64,000 nucleotides of DNA from contig OX597822.1 of NCBI GenBank assembly GCA_951406725.2, forward strand, positions 93,868,001 to 93,932,000, in the 5' to 3' direction. This document shows positions 55,284 to 64,000 of the stretch, piece by piece. Every line of letters starts with the position of its first letter. Within the stretch, counting starts at the first letter, position 1. The position numbers were made by a program, and so were the translations under genes. The notes below the pieces were generated by a model that saw only the letters and a program-made list of their open reading frames with translations, ran no database searches and was not told where the DNA came from. The stretch comes from Octopus vulgaris (taxonomy: Eukaryota).

Positions 55284-56181
55284 TCCTATCTTAATCACAT
55301 TTTTAGATGTAGTTATTGAATTAGAATCAACTTGTTTTATTGGCATAAATCCATCTTGACTATTTCAGCTTTCTCGTGACCTATATTTTATAAGTACAGG
55401 TGAATGACCGACTGTGAGAATTTCTGTTTAGGGGATTTTGTGTTTTTCGGGTTATTGACCTCATAGCAAGGGAGTCCAACAAACGTGTATTTACTCAACG
55501 TTTGTTTTTGTTTGATTTGCGATCGTCACCGGGCAGTTTTGTTCCTGAATATTTGCAAGATTCCTGACTGGATTCGATGTAGAAATATCTATTTCTATAT
55601 CATTTATATATAAAAAAAAATTAAATATAAAAAAACTAAAAAAAAACTTGATCCCTGGGGTGGAATAAACTTAAATTGTCACTCTAATTTCAACTTTGTC
55701 CTGTGCTGCAGAGCAGCCGTTTGCACTTTAAGTTAATTGTAGGTTTCTGTATATGTGATCGTATATCGGAAATTATCAGCTCTGTATTTATATCAATGAC
55801 ATCCTGATCCCAGGCCCTGTAGGTGAGAGAGCAATAAATGTTCGGAAGTTACATCGAAACTAGACTGCGACTATGTACATATCCGGGTATAAAACGGGAT
55901 AATCAGAAATCAAGTAAATGTGTAAATATGATGATCAGAAATCAAGAAATGTGTAAATATAAATATTGCCTATGCTTGTACCCCCTCGGTACGCGGTCAA
56001 TGACCTGATATATTTAATCCCCTTAATAACAGCTATTCTCGCTCTCGGTCATTCACCTGTACTCATGAATGTAGGTCACGAGAAAGCTGAAAATATGGGT
56101 GTTAGGATGGCTTCATGTCAATAAAATGATTTGATTGGTTTGTTTCTAATGCAATAATCAAATCTAAAAGTATGATTAAGA
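55284..56181. promoter_or_regulatory. Inverted-arm cassette copy
   Basis: Paralog of 6873-7786. Confidence 0.6.
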
Positions 56182-56968
56182 CGTGAAGAAAGGTGTTTTT
56201 AAGAGAACAGTAAATGATGATTTGGAATTTCTGGAACTGGTTTTAAATCTTGTATTTTGTTCAAGAGATTTTTTTCTGTTTGTTTCGTACATAATTAATA
56301 TTCTTATATTCTCAAACTTATACTGACATTTTGGGAATTTATTTTAAGCTTCGGGAAAATATTTCGACTATTTTGTTGTTGCAAGAACTCAGAAAATCCA
56401 AATTTTTTGGTTCAATCCCTCCTTGTCAACTACTCCGTTGTCATTTACAATTCAGTAATGAGTGGCTGTGAGAATTTCTGTTGCAAAGGGGATTTTGTGT
56501 TTTTCAGGGTATTGACCTTATAGTAAGGGAGTTCAACTTACGTGTATTTACTCAACGTTTGTCTTTGTTTGATTTGCGATCGTCACCGGGCAGTTTTGTT
56601 CCTGAATATTTGCATAATTCCTGACTGGATTCAATGTAGAAATATCTATTTCTAAATTAATTATAAAAAAGAAACATGTTACCTGCCAGTAGATTCTGCA
56701 GGGACTAGAAATGGTGATGGAGTGGGCTCGGATGCGTTACAAACCAACCAAATCAAGATCTATGGTGCTGAGAAAGGGAAAGCGGAGCACAAGTTCCGCT
56801 TTAACATCTCAGGAACAGCCTTTACATCAATCACAGAGAAGCCAGTCAAGAGCTTGGGCAAGGTTTTCGACAGCTCATTGAGAGACACCACATCTATCCA
56901 GTCGGCCTGCACTGAGTTGGATGGATGGCTGAAATCCATGAACCACTCAGGCCTACCTGGGAAGTTTA

Positions 56969-57023
<55 letters not shown>

Positions 57024-57081
57024 GTTTAAATATTTGTTGTGCAAGATTTTTTATGTGAAGTCGTGTGTTGAAACAGATATT

Positions 57082-57438
57082 GTTATATTTCGGAATGGTC
57101 ATTTTGCCAGTTTAGCCAATAAAAACACACGCACTATATATTTGGTGTTACTTTGCTTCAGTGTTATTTATTTTTTACATTAATCTTAATCTTATTTCGG
57201 CCAGAGCTCTTTCGTCACACTCCTGTGATCGCATCAGTGGTCATTTGTTTTCTTCTCACTTATTTGTGTCTCTCCTTACTAACCGTCTGATGCGGTCACA
57301 GGAGTGTGACGAAAGAACTCTGGCCGAAATAAGATTAAGATTAATGTAAAAAATAAATAACACTGAAGCAAAGTAACACCAAATATATAGTGCGTGTGTT
57401 TTTATTGGCTAAACTGGCAAAATGACCATTCCGAAATA

Positions 57439-57442
<4 letters not shown>
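57082..57442. repeat. Foldback element copy
   Basis: Paralog of 9112-9472. Confidence 0.95.
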
Positions 57443-57488
<46 letters not shown>

Positions 57489-60400
57489 TAAACAATAAAA
57501 AGATCAACAGTCAATACTGAGTTGAGATATTTGCAGATCGTAGGAGTATGGTTTGTGAATACATTTGTATTGTTGAGTACAGATAAAACCTAACGTGGGC
57601 AAACCTTTTGATTTGGGTGTTCATCGAAGCCAAGAGAATTTATAAATATTAGACTTATATAATGACGTGAGGTCTTGATTATAAACACTTATATTACTGT
57701 ATTCTTGAGACTGAATGTGGTGATTTAAGGCTTGATTAATGGATCGAAAGGTGATTAAAATGTCACCTCGCTCATCCCTGAGGTACATTTCTGAATTATT
57801 AGAAAAGAAATCATGTATTTTACTGTCTATCTAATTCTCCAAACCCGTTCCATCAACACCGGTGAATATTGTTTGGAATAGGTTGTGCTTGACTTGACTA
57901 AAAACTATATACAACTGGCCACTGAGCCGGCAGAAACGTTAGCACACCGGGCGAAATGCTTAGCGGTATTTCGTCTGCCGTTACGTTCCGAGTTCAAATT
58001 CCGTCGAGGTCGACTTTGCCTTTCATCCTTTCGGGGTCGATAAATTAAGTTACGCACTGGAGTCGATATAATCGACTTAATCTGTTTGTCTGTCCTTGTT
58101 TCTCCCTTCTGTGTGTAGCCCCTTGTGGGCAGTAAAAAAAAAAAAAATAAATAACAACTGGCCACTAACCGATTCATGGAAAAATTTATTCTCCACAGGT
58201 TAATCCTTTTCATGTGAAATTAAATTTCATGGTTTTTCTAGTAATGATGTTAAATAGCTACTAAAAAATAGGACTGATATTTTCTGCAAGTCCAGTTGCT
58301 TCAATTAACTTGACATATCTCAGCAAAAAATTATTTTCAAATATGATATTTTCATCATAATATAGATTGGTGTATAAAACTGCTTTCCGCAGTTTTGCGT
58401 GGATATGATTTCGGCAGTTAAAAGGTGTTGACGTGACGAAGAAGGGAGATAAACACCAGCTATTACATATTGGTTTCAAATTTTGGCACACGGCTAGCAA
58501 TTTGGTGAAAGGGTAAGCCGATTACATCGACCTCAGTGCTCAACTGGTACGTATTTTACCGATCCCGAAAGGATAAATGGCAAAGTCGACCTCGGTGGAC
58601 TTTGAATTCAAAACATACAGAGGAATGAAATGCTGTCCAGCGTTCTAACGATTCTGACAGCTCGCTGCCTTTTATCAGCGATTAATATTAATCGTTACCA
58701 AGGCGGCAAGCTGCCGGAATCGCTAACATGACTGGCGAAATGCTTAGCGACATTTCGCCCGTCTTTATGCTCTGAGTTCTAATTCCGCTTGGGTCGACTT
58801 TTTCTTTTATCCATTCGGAGTTGATAAAATAAGTACCAGTTGAGCACTGGGGTCGATATAATCGTCGAACCCCCACCTCCCATCGAGAATGCTGGCCTTG
58901 TGCCAAGATTTGAAACCAATATTAATATTGCGTTTCCTTGTCCGTATTTCTCGGAATAAATAATACTTCGGAGTACCCTGGAACTTCCGTGGTTCATACA
59001 TATTCTTTTTAACATTTTCGTACATAGCAAGGAGTCCAACATACGTGTATTTACTCAACGTTTGTTTTTGTTTGATTTGCGATCGTCACCAGGCAATTTT
59101 GTTCCTGAATATTTGCATGATTCATGGCTGGATTCGATGTAGAAATATCTATTTCTAAATCATTTATATATAAAAAAAAGTTTAAACATAAAAAAACTAT
59201 AAAAAAACTTGATCCCTGGGGTGGAATAAACTTAAATTGTCACTCTAATTTCAACTTTGTCCTGTGCTGCAGAGCAGTCGTTTGCACTTTAAGTTAATTG
59301 TAGGTGTCTGTATATGTGATCGTATATCGGAAATTATCAGCTCTGTATTTATATCAATGACATCCTGATCCCAGGCCCTGTAGGTGAGAGAGCAATAAAT
59401 GTTCGGAAATTACATCGAAACTAGACTGCGACTATATACACATCCGGGTATAAAATGGGATAATCAGAAATCAAGCAAATGTGTTAATATGATGATCAGA
59501 AATCAAGAAATGTGTAAATATAAATATTGCCTATGCTTGTACTCCCTCGGTACGCGGTCAATGATCTGAAATATATAATCCCCTTAATAACAGCTATTCT
59601 CGCTCTCGGTCATTCACCTGTACTCATGAATGTAGGTCACGAGAAAGCTGAAAATCTAGGTCTTAAGATGGCTTAGTGTCAATAAAATGATTTGATTGGT
59701 TTGTTTCTAATTTTTTTCCTGTTTGTTTCGTACATAATTAATATTCTTATATTCTAAAACTTATGCTGATATTTTGGGAATTTATTTCGGCTATTTTATT
59801 GTTGCAAGAACTCAGAAAATCCAAATTTTTTGGTTCAATCCCTCCCTGTCAACTACCCTATTGTCATTTCGAATTCCATTAATTCAACAGTCAAGGATCT
59901 TCTGAATTTGAAGAATTAGATTTTTAGAAATAAAAAAAAAGCACTTGAAGTTGTAAATGATCTTATGCAGAAAATATTTTAGTTTTAGATTAGTTAGAAT
60001 AGAACACTGGTGTCACGCGTGTTATTTTAACCAATCCAAAGTTGTAGATGTACAAATATACAGTTTTCATGATTAAACAAGTTGAGCAACAAATGGGGAC
60101 GTTTATATGAAAGGAGTACAAAATCTTTTCCATATACATGCATGCATACATACATGCATACATACATGCATACATATATATAAATACATACACACATACA
60201 TACATACATACATATATATATATGTACATACATACATACATACATACATACATACATACATTATACATACATACATGCATATATATATATATGTGTATGT
60301 GTGTGTGTGTATTATAACTTCTCCAAACTTTACGCACACATCACTTATGTTCCAAGGATGGTCATGCACTATAATATTTTGCCAGAGCTCCCGCGTAAAA

Positions 60401-61860
60401 GGAGCAAATAGATATAGTTTTGTTTTTGTATGTAAGGTCTTCAATACTCTTTAATCTTTTTATAAAATTGAAAGGGTTTTGTCTCTTTATTTCCAACGGT
60501 GATTCAATTGACTAGGAACACTATACGCGATGAATGTCCAGTACAAACTGTCTTAATCTACATATTTAAACTGCATTAAACTTTGCCAAGTTTACCTTTA
60601 CCTATTCTCAGTTACTTGAAAGGTGATGTTCCCTTCCCTCTGTTGTATTTCTTGATACCATTGTTTCACTTTAAGTATGCTTATTTACCCATCCATTAGG
60701 ATATTTCGATTGTTGTCCATTGTTTCAAATACGTTTAAGCATTGCTGTTCTAGTCTTTTTTAAACCATCTCATATGATTCGTCCCAAAGAATCAACCTTT
60801 AAATAAGAGTTTTGCTTCCACTAGCGAAAGTTATACGTATCTTTCAGAAAGCTCCATACCAATTTAACTTTATGCGGCATTCGCTGTTAGTTTATGCGCA
60901 GGCTATGAGGGAAGACAGAATAAAGGGGCTTTTGTTAGCTTATCTCTCCGAAAAAAAGAGCTCTTTTTCCTATTGAATAAAAGAAACTCGCCGAGGAGAA
61001 GCTTCAACGTCTTCCTTCAATTTCCTAACACCATTTATGTGGCTGTTTCTGACAAGAAATTTCGCTTTCGTGTAAAACAACTATATTTTGTAGTCATATT
61101 CCGTAATCTGCTCCCAAAACCCTTCAGTAGCTCTATTTGCATCGCTTGCAAACTTATATGTTCTATGATCATTAAAGTGCGACGATCACCACAATAACCA
61201 GCCTTCAATTTCATAAACATTCTCATAAACCTTCTCGGTAGTTCAGTTATTTGTTGAAAAAAATACTATCAAAGCAACTTAAACCGTCGAAAGGACGGCT
61301 GCGTTTGCTAGTGTTTCATAAAGAAGTTCAGAAATATGAGATAAATGATAACAGCGTTTACATGTCTTCAGGCTTCTAATCTAACAACTTCTTTATCCAA
61401 GTATTTTCAGACTGTACTTTTGGCAGATATATTTACAGATCTTCCAAAAGTACATAACTCAATGAGTACTTCAGATCAGCGGGTGGAAATTTAATAGGAA
61501 TGGGAAGACTGAAAAAATAGCGTGCGAAATTTCATTGAATGGGCAGGATATGAACTTGAAAAGCAAAGCCCACTTGATAGTAATGTTTAAAAATATTTTT
61601 TTCTTTTTTCAGAAAAATGTAAGAAAAGCAGATTACAGAAGACAAAAACAAAGAAATGGTATTTGATATTTTTAAAGAGGGTTGTGAGTATGGTAAATTA
61701 TTAAACTGTGCTATTGAAAGCTTAGCATCAAAATTTGAGAAAAACGACACTTTATATGGTTCTATGACTTTGGCATACATGTCACGGAAAGGAGGTTGAT
61801 CTCTGGGCATGTATCAAGCAGGCCCACCGTTCTGTGTGATATATATTGTTATCAGAGGAA

Positions 61861-62090
61861 AGGCGGCGAGCTGGCAGACACGTTAGCGCGCCGGGCGAAA
61901 TGCTTAGCGGTATTTTGTCTGTCGTTACGTTCTGAGTTCAAATTCCTCCGAGTTCGGCTTTGCCTTTCATCCTTTCGGGGTCGATAAATAATGTACCAGT
62001 TTCGCAATGGGGTCGATATAATCGACTAAATCCCTTTGTCTGTCCTTGTTTGTCCCCTCTATGTTTAGCCCCTTGTGGGCAATAAAGAAA
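61861..62090 (+). mobile_element. Full-length tRNA-derived SINE at the right boundary of the array
   Basis: AGGCGGCGAGCTGGCAGA...GAGTTCAAATTCC...CCCCTTGTGGGCAATAAAGAAAT. Confidence 0.85.
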
Positions 62091-62109
62091 TATATATTGT
62101 TATCACACG

Positions 62110-62240
62110 AACCTATCCCCTTGTGTAAGGGCCAAATAGGCCCCGTAGAAAAATACACACGTCCAGAGTGCCCTGCAGTAAGACCGAACCTGATATCAAA
62201 TAGTTGCAAAACGAACTTCTTAATTACAGGGCCACATATG
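62110..62240 (-). mobile_element. Highly degenerate CORE-type SINE
   Basis: Reverse complement AAGAAGTTCGTTTTGCAAC...CAGGTTCGGTCTTACTGCAGGGCAC resembles the 14765 family. Confidence 0.45.
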
Positions 62241-62399
62241 CATCTGAACAACAATAGGTAAAATTTTCTGGAATTTTCTTGGGAGTTGCGGGTGGTGGTT
62301 GTGTTGAAAAGACAATATTTTATTTCTATGCTACGTTATTACTTGCTCAATTTATATATTTTTTTATATGGAAGAATAATTTTCTTTAAAAAAAATGTT

Positions 62400-62815
62400 G
62401 GAACTTTACGGTTTGAACGGCAGTTTTTTCTTGCGGTGTCATATGAAATTGTCACCCATAATTATGACCCTAGAATCGATCTATTGCATTTCAATCTCTT
62501 TTAGGGTCAGGGTTAGGGGTGGGGGGAAGGGTATCTTTTTTTCTTCACAAATGTAAATAAACCCAATCTGTTTCTTAAACGTGGGACATATTCATACGGC
62601 ACAGAATGCTTTTTAACTCAATAGACGTCAGTGATTGGTTGAAATTGCAGAAATTGAAGAAAAAAACCCCAAATATCTTACAAACTATAGAATTTCCTCA
62701 ATAAAGCCAAGAGAAAAAGATGTTTTATAAACACATTCTACCAGTATACGAAGTTTAAAATTTTTTAGTTACCTAGAAATTATGTTAAAAACTGCCGTTC
62801 AAACCGAAAAGATCC
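62400..62815. mobile_element. hAT-type MITE, independent insertion in opposite orientation
   Basis: Reverse complement of 3632-4054 with the same TIRs and different flanks; no clear TSD. Confidence 0.88.
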
Positions 62816-62859
62816 AAACATTTTATCCAAATATAACTCGTACTTCCCAATTTGGTTAT

Positions 62860-63052
62860 CTTAGTTATCTTATCAGAAGCAATCTCATCAAGTTATTTTT
62901 GTGGCTTAAAGCCATCTTTGTTATTTTCTGCTTTCGCATGACCTACATTCTATTTTACGATATCGGTGAATGACCGATTCAAAGCAAGGCTGTTGTTAAG
63001 GAGATTGTGTTTTTCTTTTTTATCAGGACAATGACGTCATAATTAGGGACTC
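62860..63052 (+). promoter_or_regulatory. Conserved non-coding module, subtype Y
   Basis: GCCATCTT (62911-62918), TGACCTACATT (62939-62949), CGGTGAaTGACCG (62964-62976), AGGACAaTGACGT (63025-63037). Confidence 0.5.
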
Positions 63053-63662
63053 TATTGAATTATTTTTGTGTTATTCATGATCTAAATAATAATAGTTCCA
63101 TCTTTTTTTCTTTTTGTTTTTTTCACAAGAAAGCAAGATCAGTGGACATTATACGACTTGATAGAGTCGCTAGAACGTCGGATAAAATCTTGAGTTCGAA
63201 TCTCACCGGGGTCGTTTTTGCCTTTCATCCTTTCGGGGCCAATTAAAATGTACCTATCTAGGATGGAGGATTGGCGGAACTGCAAAACCATTAAATCGGA
63301 GGCCTAATGATATTTGTTCCCGCTCTTCGCGTCCCGTGTTCAAATCTCGCCATAGCGATCTCAAATGGCAAACATAATCGGTCGTCGAATTTAACACCAA
63401 CACCTGACACTTTGGGTGTTTTTAGTAGAATCCACTTTGTTACGAGAATTTGGGCCAAGTTTCTGGTTTGAGAATATCAGCTTCTATCCTTCGCTCCCTT
63501 CCTTTTTCATTCCCAGCAGTCACGGAGGCCCTATACGGAATCATTTACATTTGCTTCCCTCTTGTCTAGAAAATGATTCTTTTTTTAATTATTCAATATG
63601 GAAGCAAAACGAAGAATAATCTTTGGTTTATGTTCTTTTCATCGGTAATAAACATGAAATCA

Positions 63663-64000
63663 AAGGCGGCGAGCTGGTAGAAACGTTTGCACGCCGGGCA
63701 AAATGCTTTGCGGTATTTCGTCTGCCGCTACGTTCTTAGTTCAAATTTCGCCGAGGTCGACTTTGCCTTTCATCCTTTCGGGGTCGATAAATTAAGGACC
63801 AGTTACGCACTGGGATCGATATAATCGACTTAATCCGTTTGTCTGTCCTTGTTTGTTCCCTCTGTGTTTAGCCCCTTGTGGGTAGTAAAGAAATAGGTAT
63901 TTCGTCTGCCGCTACGTTCTGAGTTTAAATTCCGCCGAGGTCAACTTTGCCTTTCATCCTTTCGGGGTCGATAAATTAAGGACCAGTTACTGGGGTCGAT
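63663..64000 (+). mobile_element. Tandem tRNA-derived SINE copies (full unit plus partial second unit)
   Basis: Same family as 61861-62090; the second unit restarts at GGTATTTCGTCTGCC (~63896). Confidence 0.85.

Overview
AT-rich eukaryotic, repeat-dominated DNA, most likely from an octopus (inferred from the SINE families, long (TA)n/(TATG)n tracts and TTAGGG telomere-type motifs). I found no intact host protein-coding gene; most long ORFs in the track are microsatellite artefacts. The window holds a decayed Ty3/Gypsy pol (1-2.7 kb), three 5'-truncated Penelope-like (GIY-YIG) elements with hammerhead ribozymes, a CR1-group LINE 3' end, HERO-like RT fragments, a hAT-type MITE family, a Helitron-like element and many SINEs. 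About 3.3-61.9 kb is a mosaic tandem segmental duplication (main period ~8.7 kb). The most striking signal is a ~200-bp non-coding module, present in more than 20 full or partial copies of four strongly diverged subtypes. The subtypes share little except an ordered motif set: YY1-like CCATC, a RORE/Rev-erb-type site and two IR-1 nuclear-receptor palindromes 51-61 bp apart. Two subtypes sit as inverted arms around an octamer/TATA-containing core. This looks like an amplified nuclear-receptor-responsive cis-regulatory array (inference, untested). Coordinates were counted by eye; repeat boundaries are approximate.
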